A stretch of 64,000 nucleotides of DNA from Deltaproteobacteria bacterium (GCA_046583355.1 JAYGCM010000073.1:26097-90096), one strand, 5' to 3'. Counted from the stretch's first letter, positions 20,838-31,809 are shown. Notes: generated by a model not told the origin, from the letters alone. Program-made: numbers and translations.

Positions 20838-22226
20838 ATGCGTACGATTCTCTTCGTTCTCTTCTCGATGCTTCTGATTGCTCAGCCCACCATGGCCGCC
20901 GAACCTGATTTTGCGGCGGCCGCGAAGGCTAGCCGCGCTCTGCTTGCCGAACTCGTGGCCGCCGACACCTCCAACCCGCCGGGCAACGAGGCCCGCGCCG
21001 TGGCGATCGGCAAAAAGCATCTCGAAGCCGCCGGCATCGAGGTGCATACCAGCCGCTTCGCCCCTGGCCGCGAGAACCTGGTCGCGCGTCTGCGCGGCGA
21101 CGGCTCGGCCCCGCCCATCCTGCTGCTCGCCCATATCGACGTCGTCGGCGCCGATGCGGCGGCGTGGGATACGCCGCCGCATGAGCTGATTGAGCGCGAC
21201 GGCTACCTCTACGGCCGCGGCGCAAGCGACGACCTCGCCATGGCCTCGGTTGAACTGATCGTACTCGAAGAATTGAAGAAAAACGGAATTGCTCTGAAGC
21301 GCGATATCATTTTGGCGTGGACCGGCGACGAGGAGAGCGGCGGTGCCGGAATTCAATGGATCCTCGAGAACGAGCCCGAAACGATCCGGGCGGCTGTCGC
21401 GCTCAATGAAGGCGGCGGCGTGCGACTCGATGCGAGCGGCAAGCCCGTACGCATCGACCTGCAAACGGCCGAAAAAATCTACCAGGACTTCACCCTCCGG
21501 GCGCACGGACCAACCGGGCATTCTTCCGTGCCGCTGGATGACAATGCGATCTACCGGCTCGCGCGGGCTCTCTCGGCGATTGAGGGGCATCGCTTCCCGG
21601 CCCGCCTACTCCCCGTCACCCGCGCCTGGATGCAGGGCCGCGCGTCCCTGGAGACAGCCGAACTCGCGGCCACGATGAATGCGCTCACCGAGGCCAAAGG
21701 AGAGCTGCCCGCAGAAGCCCTCGCCAACGCACTCGCCGACCCCCTCTTGGCGGCAAGTCTGCGTACGACCTGCATCGCCACCCTGATCGAGGGCGGCACG
21801 CGGGTAAACGCATTGCCGGGCAGCGCCGAGGCCAACCTCAACTGCCGCATTCTCCCGGACTCCTCACCGGAAGCGGTCCGCCAGGTGTTGGTTCGCCTCA
21901 TCGACGATCCGGCAATCGAGATCATCGCCTCGTCGGAATTCGGTTTCGGCGAGCCCTCCCCGATCGGCGGCGTCACACCGGCGGCCATTCGCACCATTGC
22001 CGAAGCCATGTGGCCCGGCATCAAAATCATCCCCTTCATGTCGCGAGGCGCAACCGATTCGCGCTTCCTGCGTGCCGCCGGAATCCCCGCCTACGGCATC
22101 AGTCCGGTCGCGATCGGCGAGGAAGACGGCCGCCGCGCCCACGGCATCAATGAACGCATCCCGGCCGCAAGCCTCGAGCCGGGCGTCGAATTTCTCTACC
22201 GCCTGATTGTCGAATTGGCGGGCTAA
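20838..22226 (+). CDS. Secreted M20/M25/M40 family metallo-hydrolase
   Basis: AHIDVV, YGRGASDD, GDEE, GHSS, GATDSRF and HGINE motifs; signal peptide. Confidence 0.92.
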   Translation: MRTILFVLFSMLLIAQPTMAAEPDFAAAAKASRALLAELVAADTSNPPGNEARAVAIGKKHLEAAGIEVHTSRFAPGRENLVARLRGDGSAPPILLLAHIDVVGADAAAWDTPPHELIERDGYLYGRGASDDLAMASVELIVLEELKKNGIALKRDIILAWTGDEESGGAGIQWILENEPETIRAAVALNEGGGVRLDASGKPVRIDLQTAEKIYQDFTLRAHGPTGHSSVPLDDNAIYRLARALSAIEGHRFPARLLPVTRAWMQGRASLETAELAATMNALTEAKGELPAEALANALADPLLAASLRTTCIATLIEGGTRVNALPGSAEANLNCRILPDSSPEAVRQVLVRLIDDPAIEIIASSEFGFGEPSPIGGVTPAAIRTIAEAMWPGIKIIPFMSRGATDSRFLRAAGIPAYGISPVAIGEEDGRRAHGINERIPAASLEPGVEFLYRLIVELAG

Positions 22227-23542
22227 GCCGCCGCCGGGCGGCGGAAACGCGGGGCCGCCTGCTGGCCGCCTGGGCGGCGCGCCTCGGTGGCCGAACTCTC
22301 TTCAAGAAGCGCGCGGTATTGCTCAACCGTGCCCAGCGCCGAGTGGCGCCAGGTCCAGCGTTCCAGCACCCGTTTGCGGCCGGCGACGCTGATACGTTGG
22401 CGCAAATCATCATTGTCCAAGGCATCGGCGATGCGTCGTGCCAAGGCTTCGCCATTGCCCGGTTCGACCAGCAGCGCGGTCTCGCCATCGGGTCCGACGA
22501 CTTCGGGCAAAGCACCGCCGGTGGTCGCCACCAGCGGCACACCACAGCACATCATCTCGACCGCAGGTAGCGAGAAGCCCTCATAGAGCGAGGGCACGAC
22601 GCCGACCTCGGCCTCGTTGAAGATCTCGATCAGCCGCTGGTCCGATACGCCTGTGACGAATTGCACGGCATCCTCGATGCCCAGCTCGCGAATCGTCCGC
22701 GCCGCCTGACCGTCGGGGTTCAGCCGGCCGACCACCAGCAGATCCACATCCCGATCGCGGCGGAGGATCGCGAGCGCCTCAAGCAGAAATTTAAGACCCT
22801 TCATCGCCACATCCGCGCTCGCTGTCGTGACCAGCCGCCCCTTCTTCGTGGCGACCTCCGGCAGCGGACGGAAAAGCTCCTGGTCAACGCCAACCGGCAC
22901 CACATGCAGCCGGTCCAGCGGGACTTGATGGTCGCGATGAATATCGCCCAAAGAGTTCTTCGATACGGTCAGAATTCGCGGCAAGCGACGCGCCACGCGT
23001 GTCTGCATCTTGGTAAACGAGTACCAACGCCCCTTGAAGAACCACTCGCGCCAGGTCTCGGCGGCCGCCAGCTCCAGGCGGAGATCCACAGTCGTCGGAT
23101 GATGAATCGTACCGATGATCGGCAACCCCGCCCGCTCGATACCGCGCAACCCATAGCCAAGGCATTGGTTATCCTGCACCAGATCAAAATCGTTGATCCG
23201 CGATGCAAGTTCACGCCAAACGCGAATGCTGAAAGCCAGCGGCTCGGGAAAGGCCCCGGTCAGAAACTGCCCGAACTCCACCCAATCACCCACCGTCCGC
23301 AGCTGCTCCAGCCGCGGCAAGCGCAGCGGATGCTTCGGGTTGTAAAAATCGAGACTCGGCAGCTGATGCAGCTCCACCCGCGGATCCGTCTCCGGCCACT
23401 CCGGCCCCGAATAAACCTCGACATGGTGGCCCAGGTCGGCCAACGCCTTGGTCAGCTGCCGCGTATAAACACCCTGCCCCCCGACAGTCTTCTTGCCGCG
23501 GTAGGTAAGGAAAGCGATGCGAAGGGGCGAATCCGAACTCAC
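22223..23542 (-). CDS. Glycosyltransferase family 4
   Basis: LRIAFL..GGQGVY, KGL and PSLYEGFSLPAVE motifs; start taken at GTG 23542 (uncertain). Confidence 0.9.
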   Translation of the reverse strand: MSSDSPLRIAFLTYRGKKTVGGQGVYTRQLTKALADLGHHVEVYSGPEWPETDPRVELHQLPSLDFYNPKHPLRLPRLEQLRTVGDWVEFGQFLTGAFPEPLAFSIRVWRELASRINDFDLVQDNQCLGYGLRGIERAGLPIIGTIHHPTTVDLRLELAAAETWREWFFKGRWYSFTKMQTRVARRLPRILTVSKNSLGDIHRDHQVPLDRLHVVPVGVDQELFRPLPEVATKKGRLVTTASADVAMKGLKFLLEALAILRRDRDVDLLVVGRLNPDGQAARTIRELGIEDAVQFVTGVSDQRLIEIFNEAEVGVVPSLYEGFSLPAVEMMCCGVPLVATTGGALPEVVGPDGETALLVEPGNGEALARRIADALDNDDLRQRISVAGRKRVLERWTWRHSALGTVEQYRALLEESSATEARRPGGQQAAPRFRRPAAA

Positions 23543-23619
23543 CCGAACACCATCGGGGTTGACCCCGCCCCCAGCAACCCCGTCCCCTTCCCGGGGTGCG
23601 GGCGGGCGCGGACGGGTAC

Positions 23620-24909
23620 TCAGCGTGCTCGGGTCAACCAAGCTACGACGAGGACGCCGGCGCCACCGATGCCGAGCAGTACGAGAAACCGTGGCCAGGG
23701 CCACGCGCGCGCGCCCGGCACGATCGGGATCTGCGGGGCTTCGATGGTATCGCCCACCAGCGTGGCGGTGGCCTGATCCTCCATTTCGGCGAGGCGAGCA
23801 AGCGACCATTCCAGCGCCTGACCCGACCCGAACCCGGCCAAAGAGGCGACCGGAATCCCCGCGGATACCGCCGCCGCCTGCAGGGGCGACTGGGTCGCCC
23901 CTGCAGGGACGAAAAGGCGGTCGAGCACCGGCGGCAACTCGGTAGCGCGCGCGAGAAGCGTCATGCCGAAGCGTGAGCGCAGAAACGTGCGCTGCGCCGA
24001 GAGCGTCGTCAGATCGAAAACCAACGAGCGCGGGAAGGTATCGAGGAGGGCTGCCAGATGTAATTCGTCGACCCCCTCCGCGACCGCCACACCAATCGGA
24101 ACCGGTGCCGTGAGAAAGCCGCCGTTGAGCAGAAGAACGCCGATCTCACCATAAGAGATCTCCGGCGTCGCCCATTCCACCGGAAGCAGGCCAATGCCGA
24201 GCGCCTCTTTCGCGCGCGCCTCAGCCTCGTCTCCGGCCAGACGGCGCACGGCGGCAAACGCTCCATCAAGCGATGCCGTCACGCCTGCGGAAGTGATCAC
24301 CTCTTCGTCCTCGACAAAGCGCGCTCCGAAGAGCCAGCGCGTATCCGGGTGGTGCTTGGCGAGATTGGAGACCGACCAGAAATGAGTGGTCGCGCGGCGA
24401 TCGACCAACAATCCGGCCGCCGCTGCGGTACGCACCCCCTCACAAACCGCGAGCAGAGGCGTCCCCTCGCCCGCGTTAAGCGCGAGCCAATCCACCAGGA
24501 CGCTTGCCGTCGCATCCAGAAAAAACGGAACTACGATCAGATCCGCACCAGCCGGATAGGCCTCGGCGAAGCTCGCAAAAGAATGGTCGGGTAGAAGATC
24601 GATACCACCGGTGACCGGCGAGAGCCGCCGCTCGGGCGCCACCACAACGACATCAAAGGCAAGGGAGGCACTCAATACCGCATAGGGATAGAGGAGATCC
24701 GTCACCTCCGTACCCCGATTGCTGGCGAGCAAAACCGCGACGGGCAGGCCCGTGGGGGCACGCGCCTCAGGCATCGCCAATGCCGGCGGGGCCGTCACCG
24801 GGTATTGCACCATACGCTGCATCGCGCCGAAGGTGCGCGCACCCGCAACGACAAATATCGGCATCAGGAAACCGAGAATCAAAAGGATCGGGCGGGCCAG
24901 AAGGCGCAT
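23620..24909 (-). CDS. DJ-1/PfpI family protein (tandem domains, membrane anchored)
   Basis: TEVTD, AVCEG, ATTH and ITSAGVTASLD motifs; N- and C-terminal hydrophobic segments. Confidence 0.85.
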   Translation of the reverse strand: MRLLARPILLILGFLMPIFVVAGARTFGAMQRMVQYPVTAPPALAMPEARAPTGLPVAVLLASNRGTEVTDLLYPYAVLSASLAFDVVVVAPERRLSPVTGGIDLLPDHSFASFAEAYPAGADLIVVPFFLDATASVLVDWLALNAGEGTPLLAVCEGVRTAAAAGLLVDRRATTHFWSVSNLAKHHPDTRWLFGARFVEDEEVITSAGVTASLDGAFAAVRRLAGDEAEARAKEALGIGLLPVEWATPEISYGEIGVLLLNGGFLTAPVPIGVAVAEGVDELHLAALLDTFPRSLVFDLTTLSAQRTFLRSRFGMTLLARATELPPVLDRLFVPAGATQSPLQAAAVSAGIPVASLAGFGSGQALEWSLARLAEMEDQATATLVGDTIEAPQIPIVPGARAWPWPRFLVLLGIGGAGVLVVAWLTRAR

Positions 24910-24978
24910 GGTCGAAGCTTCGCGTTCCCCTGCCCCGCGCGCAAGGCAGCTGCCGCGCCTGGAGGCCCGGCCTCTGGC

Positions 24979-27252
24979 TCAGTCGGACTCGGAGTCCGCC
25001 GAGGCGCGGTGTTGGCGTGCGCGGGTATCGGCAGGGTCCTCGGCCAGCACAAAGCGGATCTTCCGCCTCTCGAGCGAGGCGTCCACCGCCTCGACCATCA
25101 GCGGGTCGCCCAGACGAAAGCGCCGGCCGCCGCGTGCGGCGATCAGTGATTTCGTTGCGCCATCGAAGCGAAAGCGTCCGGGCAGATCATCCAACGACAC
25201 AAGGCCTTCGACGGGATAGGCATCCAACTCAACAAAGATCCCGAAACGCTCGATACCGACGATCGTTGCGGACTCTTCCTGCAGAAGGTGGCCCAGCATG
25301 AACTCGGCCTTTTTCAGGTCAAGCATCGCACGCTCGGCACCCATCGAGGTACGCTCCGCGGTGGAGTTCTTGGCCGACATTTCGGTAATAGCCGCGCCGA
25401 GTTCGCGGGCCTCGGGCAGGTGACCATCGAGGATTCGACCGATCTGTCGATGCACCATCAGGTCGGGGTAGCGCCGGATCGGCGAAGTGAAATGGCAATA
25501 GCACTCGAAGGCGAGACCGAAATGGCCGACATTTTCGGTTGCGTAACGCGCCTGTTTCAGACTGCGCAAAACCTGACGCGAGAGCACCCGCGCAAGCCTA
25601 TGACCGCTGAGTTCATCGAGCGCGCGCTGTACATCGATCGGCTCGACCGTCCCCTTGTAGGCAACCCGGATACCGATCGGATAGAGCAGAAGATTCAATT
25701 CATCGACCGAGGTAGATTCCGGCGCCTCGTGGATTCGATAGGGAAGCGGCACCTTTTTCTTGGTGAGAAAGCCCGCCACTGCGCAATTCGCTGCGAGCAT
25801 CATCTCTTCGACCATGCGATGTGCGTCGTTGCGCATGGTTGTGCGTAGGCCGATCGTGCGCCCCTCCTCCGAGAGGTCGACCAATGCCTCGGGGAGGTCC
25901 AGGTCGAGCGAGCCCTTGCGCATGCGACGTCGATGCAGGGAGCGCATCAGTTCGTGCATCATCTGCAGCATCGGCAGCACGTCGGCGAATTGTTCGCGGT
26001 CGGCATCAATGGCCGTACTATGGGCCTCGGAGAGAATGCCGGCGACCTGAGTATAGGTGAGTCGCGCGGCACTGCGGATCACCGCTCGATAGACCTCCAC
26101 CCCGGAGCGCACGCCGCTTTTGTCATGGACCATTTCCGCGACGAGCACGAGGCGCTCGCGCTCGGGCATCAGCGAGCAGAGTTCAGTCGAGAGGCGTTCG
26201 GGCAGCATCGGGATCGCACGGTCAGGGAAATAGGTGCTTGTGCCGCGCAGCTGCGCTTCTTCGTCAAGGAGAGTTCCGGGGCGCACATAATGCGATACGT
26301 CGGCGATCGCGACGCGCAACCGCGTGCGGCCACCGCCCAGAGATTCGAGATAAACGGCATCATCGTAGTCACGCGCTGTGGCACCATCGATCGTGACGAA
26401 GGGCATCTCGCGCAGGTCCTGGCGCGAGGCGAAATCGGCCGGATCCGGATCATGCGGCAGGCGACGGGCGGCCCGCTTCACCTTCTCGGGGAACTCGATG
26501 CGCAGACCCGCCTCCAGCGAAATTTGCAGGACCTGGACCTCGGGATCGGCCAGGTCGCCCAGCAGGCGCTCGACCTCGCCACGCAAACCGTGCTGGCGGG
26601 TTGGCGGGTCCGTCAGACGCACCAAGGCGGTACGCCCCTCGGCGTTCGCATCCAATTTTTCGCCTCCGACGACTTCGACGGTCGGCAAACGCTCATCGTG
26701 CGGCACCACGCAGAACCGGGGCGCGGCCCCGCGGCCGCGACGCATCACGGCCTCCACGCGCCCGAGGATCTGCGTATGCGCGCGCGTGACCACGCCGACC
26801 ACCTCACCGCTCGAACGCCCGGCGGCGGCGTCCCAACGCCGCACCTCGGCCGTTACTGTGTCGCCATGCAGCGCATCGGCTTCCCGGCCACGAGGGATGA
26901 ACACATCACCGCCGATCTTCTCGCGGTCCTCGCCGAGGGTCGCGACGAAACCAAAACCACCGCGCGCGCGCGTGTAGCGGCCCTCGACCACCATCGGTCC
27001 CTGACCGCGGCGGCGCGGTGTGGCAGACCGCCGGCCCGGCTCCGCTGTAGCCCGCCAGCGGCCCTTCCCTACCCGAGCCACCTTGCCCGTCTCGGCCGCA
27101 CGCCCCAGCAATTCCTCCAGCGCGCGTCGATCATAGGGTTTCGGCCCCATCCGCCGTGCAATCTCTTTGATAGAGAGCGGCTTCGGCGCCGCGCGCTCGA
27201 GAATATCGAGAAGAGTATGATTGGAATTTTCGGATTTGTCGCGACGGGCCAC
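24979..27252 (-). CDS. rnr: Ribonuclease R
   Basis: TIDGATARDYDDA, HFTSPIRRYPDL, cold-shock domains and C-terminal S1 domain. Confidence 0.95.
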   Translation of the reverse strand: MARRDKSENSNHTLLDILERAAPKPLSIKEIARRMGPKPYDRRALEELLGRAAETGKVARVGKGRWRATAEPGRRSATPRRRGQGPMVVEGRYTRARGGFGFVATLGEDREKIGGDVFIPRGREADALHGDTVTAEVRRWDAAAGRSSGEVVGVVTRAHTQILGRVEAVMRRGRGAAPRFCVVPHDERLPTVEVVGGEKLDANAEGRTALVRLTDPPTRQHGLRGEVERLLGDLADPEVQVLQISLEAGLRIEFPEKVKRAARRLPHDPDPADFASRQDLREMPFVTIDGATARDYDDAVYLESLGGGRTRLRVAIADVSHYVRPGTLLDEEAQLRGTSTYFPDRAIPMLPERLSTELCSLMPERERLVLVAEMVHDKSGVRSGVEVYRAVIRSAARLTYTQVAGILSEAHSTAIDADREQFADVLPMLQMMHELMRSLHRRRMRKGSLDLDLPEALVDLSEEGRTIGLRTTMRNDAHRMVEEMMLAANCAVAGFLTKKKVPLPYRIHEAPESTSVDELNLLLYPIGIRVAYKGTVEPIDVQRALDELSGHRLARVLSRQVLRSLKQARYATENVGHFGLAFECYCHFTSPIRRYPDLMVHRQIGRILDGHLPEARELGAAITEMSAKNSTAERTSMGAERAMLDLKKAEFMLGHLLQEESATIVGIERFGIFVELDAYPVEGLVSLDDLPGRFRFDGATKSLIAARGGRRFRLGDPLMVEAVDASLERRKIRFVLAEDPADTRARQHRASADSESD

Positions 27253-27285
27253 CCCATGGCTATAGCGGGCCGTAGCGGCCGACGC

Positions 27286-28362
27286 TCAACCGCCGATATC
27301 GAAAACCCCGCGGGCGAGCTCGCCCTTCTCCAGATCCGCAATCGCCGTATTGATATCATCCAACGCGTAATGCCGCGTAATGAGATCGTCGATATTCAGC
27401 CGACCGTCCAAGTAGAGATTCGCCAGCATCGGGAAATCGAATTGCGGCCGCGCCGTACCATAGCGGCAGCCCTGCACCTTTCGATCGAGGCGAAAATCCG
27501 TGACCGTGAATTCAACCTTGGCGCCCATCCTCGGAACCCCGACGATCGTCAGCGTGGCTCCGGGTGCCAGCATGGAGAAAGCTTGGTTGATCGCCGGGAC
27601 CACGCCGACCGCCTCAAACGCATGGTCGACGCCACGCCCGCCGGTCAGGTCCTTTACCTTCTCGACCGGGTCGCCATCGTTGCCGTCAATGATATGTGTT
27701 GCGCCGAGCTTCTTCGCCCATTCCAGTTTCTGCGGCAGCAGGTCGACTGCAATAATTTTACTTGCGCCGGCAAGCACACCGCCTTGAATGATATTCAGGC
27801 CGATCCCGCCCGCGCCGACGACAACCATCGTCTGCCCGGCCTGCACATTGGCCGTATTCAAGACCGCACCGACCCCGGTGATGATGCCGCAGCCGATCAG
27901 CGCGGCCTGCGCCATCGGAAGCTCCTTGGGAACGGCAACCGCGCTGGACGCCGGAATCAGAGTGCGCTCGGCAAAGGTCGAGGCATTCGCAAAGTTGAAG
28001 GCCGGTTCTCCACGAAAGGTAAAGGGCCGCGAGGGCAGCGGCGCGCGGTGGCACATCGTCGGCCGGCCGGTGTCGCATTCCGGACAAATACCGCAATTGC
28101 CCAGGGTCGAGATGACAATCGGATCGCCCTCCTTGACGTTCGTAACGCCCTCCCCGACGGCCTCGACATAGCCGGCACCTTCATGGCCCATGACCATCGG
28201 CTTCGGCATATTATAGGTGCCGTTGATGGCACTCACATCGGAGTGGCAGAGCCCCGCGGAGTGGATCGCGATCCGCACCTCGCCGAAGCCCGGATCCCGG
28301 ACCTCGACGTCATTATCCACCACAACCGGAGCGCCGACCTCTGTATAAACTGCTGCTTTCAT
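27286..28362 (-). CDS. Zn-dependent alcohol dehydrogenase
   Basis: GLCHSD, GHEGAG, CGICPEC..C and GAGGIG. Confidence 0.95.
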   Translation of the reverse strand: MKAAVYTEVGAPVVVDNDVEVRDPGFGEVRIAIHSAGLCHSDVSAINGTYNMPKPMVMGHEGAGYVEAVGEGVTNVKEGDPIVISTLGNCGICPECDTGRPTMCHRAPLPSRPFTFRGEPAFNFANASTFAERTLIPASSAVAVPKELPMAQAALIGCGIITGVGAVLNTANVQAGQTMVVVGAGGIGLNIIQGGVLAGASKIIAVDLLPQKLEWAKKLGATHIIDGNDGDPVEKVKDLTGGRGVDHAFEAVGVVPAINQAFSMLAPGATLTIVGVPRMGAKVEFTVTDFRLDRKVQGCRYGTARPQFDFPMLANLYLDGRLNIDDLITRHYALDDINTAIADLEKGELARGVFDIGG

Positions 28363-28374
28363 CGAACCTTCTCC

Positions 28375-29844
28375 TCAGCTCGCCCAGCCGATATATTTCG
28401 TCTCGCTGTAGGTATCGAGCGCGAAGCGACCGCCGTCGCGACCGACACCGCTCATCTTGAAGCCGCCGAAGGGTGCCTGCGGGTTGGGTGGCGCGCCGTT
28501 GACCTGCACGGTGCCCGTTCGCATCGCGCGCGCCACACGCATGCCTTGGAGCGGGTCGCCGGTCCAGACATAGCCGTAGAGTCCGAAGTCGGAATCGTTC
28601 GCGATAGCGATGGCTTCTTCCTCGGTCTCGAAGGGAATCGCCACGACCACTGGTCCGAAGATCTCCTCACGGGCCACGCGCATGGAGTTGGTGGCATCGG
28701 TGATCAAGGTCGGCTCAAAATAGAAGCCCACGGGCATCGACTCGGGGCGCTTGCCGCCACAGGCGATCGTCGCCCCTTCGTCGCGCGCGGTCTGCACATA
28801 ATCTTCGATCCGCCCAAGTTGGGCCTTGGAAATGATCGGCCCGACCTGCACGCCGTCTTCCAGCGGTGACCCGATTTTGAGCTTTTCTGTCGCCCCGGCC
28901 AGCTGCGCCGTGAACTCTTTGTAGATACTCTTCTGCACCAGCAGCCGCGTCGGGGCGATGCAGAACTGGCCCGCGTGAAAGGCGAATACGCTCATGGCGG
29001 AGCGCAAGGCGCCGGCACGATTGCAATCTTCAAAAACAATACTTGCCGACTTGCCTCCGAGCTCCTGGAGGGTCCGCTTCATCGTCTTGGCCGAGACCTC
29101 CTGGATACGGGCACCCACCGCGGTAGAGCCGGTAAACGAAACCATATCTACATCAGGCGAAGTCGTAAGCGCCTCGCCCAGCTCGGGTGCCGGGCCGGAT
29201 ATGAAATTGACGACTCCGGGCGGGAGCTCCTCATCAACAATACGTGCCAACTCCGTCATGCCCAAGGGATCCTGCGGCGGCGGCTTGATCACGACCGTAT
29301 TGCCACAAGCGAGTGCCGGGCCGATTTTTCCCGCACAATTCGTCATCGGAAAATTATAGGGACTGATGCAAGCAACCACGCCCACCGGTTCGCGCACCAC
29401 AATGCCGGCCGCCAGCGACGCACTCGATCCCGCCACAGGCGCGCGTGAGATCGGCGGCAGACCCGTGATCTCTCCCTCGCGTGCGTATTCGGCATACATC
29501 TCGAAGCGCTCGGCCACGTGCAAGATCTGCAGGCTCATCGCGTAACTCTTCAGCGCGCCAGTCTCCGCAATCGTCATCTCTTCGAGGGATGGTGCCGCTG
29601 CGCGAAAAGCTGCGGCCACCCGCACGAGCGCCGCGCTACGCTCAGCGCCACTCATCTGCGGCCACGGCCCCTCGTCAAATGCCTTGCGCGCCGCAGCAGC
29701 CGCCTCGCGAACCTGGGAGGCAGAACAATTGGCCGCATAACCGGCCACCTCTTCGGTCGCGGGGTTGATGATCTCGTAGGTGCCGCCTGCGGCAGCAACC
29801 CACTCGCCTCCGATGAGGATTTTCGTAAACGTCGGTCTGGACAT
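28375..29844 (-). CDS. NAD-dependent aldehyde dehydrogenase
   Basis: FTGST, ELGGKS, GQFC, EEIFGPV and PFGGFKMSG. Confidence 0.96.
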   Translation of the reverse strand: MSRPTFTKILIGGEWVAAAGGTYEIINPATEEVAGYAANCSASQVREAAAAARKAFDEGPWPQMSGAERSAALVRVAAAFRAAAPSLEEMTIAETGALKSYAMSLQILHVAERFEMYAEYAREGEITGLPPISRAPVAGSSASLAAGIVVREPVGVVACISPYNFPMTNCAGKIGPALACGNTVVIKPPPQDPLGMTELARIVDEELPPGVVNFISGPAPELGEALTTSPDVDMVSFTGSTAVGARIQEVSAKTMKRTLQELGGKSASIVFEDCNRAGALRSAMSVFAFHAGQFCIAPTRLLVQKSIYKEFTAQLAGATEKLKIGSPLEDGVQVGPIISKAQLGRIEDYVQTARDEGATIACGGKRPESMPVGFYFEPTLITDATNSMRVAREEIFGPVVVAIPFETEEEAIAIANDSDFGLYGYVWTGDPLQGMRVARAMRTGTVQVNGAPPNPQAPFGGFKMSGVGRDGGRFALDTYSETKYIGWAS

Positions 29845-29900
29845 AGCTCTCCCTTAACTTCGGACCTTTTTCCGAGCAAAGCGGACACCGGCCACATGGC

Positions 29901-29939
29901 TCCGAATGATTATTCGGAATAATGACTTGCGAATCAAGT
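29901..29939. promoter_or_regulatory. Candidate TetR operator palindromes in a divergent promoter
   Basis: TCCGAAT-GATT-ATTCGGA (29901-29918), overlapping ATTATTC-G-GAATAAT (29909-29923), and ACTTG-N5-CAAGT (29925-29939). Confidence 0.55.
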
Positions 29940-29977
29940 TCTCGGTATTGTAGTCTACTTTGTCGAAGGCTCCTTCC

Positions 29978-30649
29978 ATGGCGCAATCTTCCGTGCATAG
30001 CGGCATCGCCGCACCCAGCCCTCGCGAGGCCGCAAAAGAAGCCCGCGAAGCGCTCTATCGTGACCATATTCTTGCCGTCGCGGAGACCGTCTTCGGCCAA
30101 GAAGGCTACGAGGGCGCCAAGGTACAAGACATTTCGCGGCTCTCTGAACTCTCGATGGGTTCGATCTACGCGCTCTTCCCCGGCAAAGAACAGATCTTCG
30201 CGGCCATCATGGAGAAACGTCGCGCGGAGTTCCTGCACATCATCCAGGCCCATACCGCGCAATTTGCGGAACCCCTCGCCTGCCTGGAAGCGCTCTCGCG
30301 CGCCTTCATCGAGTATTTCCACTCACACCGCGACTTCCTCCGCATGCAACTGCGGCTCGGCGCGGCTTGGGCGAGTTCGCAGAACCCGGCGAATTCACCA
30401 GCCGGCTCGGAAGTCGCCCGAGAGATCCACCAATTGCAGGTCGGCATCTTCAAAAAAGGCGTCGAACTCGGCGTCTTCATAGACGAAGACCCGGCCTACC
30501 TCGAAACCCTGTTCAGCGGGATCGATCAGATCCATCTGGGCCATTGGCTGTCACACGGCGGCAACGAAAGCGCAGAGGAGCTCACGGCGAGCTTCCTGCG
30601 CATCATCCGTCGCACCTTCGTCCGCGACAGAAACCAGGAGAAAGAATAA
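29978..30649 (+). CDS. TetR/AcrR family regulator
   Basis: N-terminal HTH (ILAVAETVF..GYEG..SMGSIYALFPGKEQI). Confidence 0.92.
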   Translation: MAQSSVHSGIAAPSPREAAKEAREALYRDHILAVAETVFGQEGYEGAKVQDISRLSELSMGSIYALFPGKEQIFAAIMEKRRAEFLHIIQAHTAQFAEPLACLEALSRAFIEYFHSHRDFLRMQLRLGAAWASSQNPANSPAGSEVAREIHQLQVGIFKKGVELGVFIDEDPAYLETLFSGIDQIHLGHWLSHGGNESAEELTASFLRIIRRTFVRDRNQEKE

Positions 30650-31789
30650 ATGGAGTTTGGAATCTTCATCCAGGGCTACGTCCCCGGAGCTGCAGCACAC
30701 GATACCGAGAGCGAACACGCAGCGATCTTCAACGAGATCGAGTACACCCGTGTCGCCGATCAGAATAATTGGAAATATGTCTGGGTGACCGAGCACCATG
30801 CTCTCACCGAGTACAGCCACATCTCGGCCAACGATGTCTTTCTCGGACACCTGGCCGCCTTGACCGAGCAGATCCACATCTCGTCGGGCATCTTCAACCT
30901 GAGCCCACGTGCGAACCATCCGGTCCGCAACGTCGAACGCGCTGCGATGCTCGACCATCTGTCGAACCGCCGCTTCGAATTCGGCACTGGCCGCGGCGCC
31001 GGCTCACACGAGGTCGCCACCTTCAATATCAAGGATCCCTCCTCAACCAAGTCGGAATGGGATGAGGTCGCCCCCGAGATTCACCGCATGTTCAAGGAGA
31101 CCGCCTACACCTTCCAAGGCAAGCATTTCTCCATCGACACGCCGCATAATATCCTGCCGAAGCCTTATAAGGGCACGCATCCGCCGATGTGGATGGCCTG
31201 CGGCAACCCGGCCACCTATGCCAAGGCTGGCGCACTCGGAATCGGCGCACTCGGCTTCAACTTCTCTGCGGTTTCCGCCATGAAGCCGCAGATCGAGGCC
31301 TACAAAGAAGCGGCGGCCAAATGCACCTCGCCGATGGGTGATTACCAGAACGATAATGTCATGATCACCAACGCCGTGATCTGCATGGCCGATCGCGAGC
31401 GCGCCATCGATGCGGCCTGCCGCCCGGACCGCGGCTACCTCACCAGCTTGGTCGGCCTCTACCACGACACCTTCCCCAAGCCTGCTGGCTTCCCCGTCTG
31501 GCCCGAAAAGCCGATGCAGATGGACCGCGCCCTGGCCGAAAAAGCCATGGCAAACGGCGATATGCTCTGCGGCACGCCCGAGGATATCTGCGAACAGCTC
31601 GAGAAGGGCTACACCAAGGTCGGCTTCGACCAATTGGTCTTCGGCATGCCGAACCACCTGAGCAAAGAAGAAACCCTTGAGGGGCTCGAACTCTTCGGTC
31701 AGAAGGTCATCCCCAACTTCGACAAGGACCCCATCCACCGCTCCACCCGCTTCCGCGAGGAAGCCGAGAAAAAAATCGCCGCCGCGTAA
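30650..31789 (+). CDS. Luciferase-like (LLM) flavin-dependent oxidoreductase
   Basis: MEFGIF, WVTEHH, LDHLSNRRFEFGTGRG and PKP..HPPMW; starts immediately after the TetR stop. Confidence 0.93.
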   Translation: MEFGIFIQGYVPGAAAHDTESEHAAIFNEIEYTRVADQNNWKYVWVTEHHALTEYSHISANDVFLGHLAALTEQIHISSGIFNLSPRANHPVRNVERAAMLDHLSNRRFEFGTGRGAGSHEVATFNIKDPSSTKSEWDEVAPEIHRMFKETAYTFQGKHFSIDTPHNILPKPYKGTHPPMWMACGNPATYAKAGALGIGALGFNFSAVSAMKPQIEAYKEAAAKCTSPMGDYQNDNVMITNAVICMADRERAIDAACRPDRGYLTSLVGLYHDTFPKPAGFPVWPEKPMQMDRALAEKAMANGDMLCGTPEDICEQLEKGYTKVGFDQLVFGMPNHLSKEETLEGLELFGQKVIPNFDKDPIHRSTRFREEAEKKIAAA

Positions 31790-31809
31790 CCACCCGCAGC
31801 GTCACAAAG

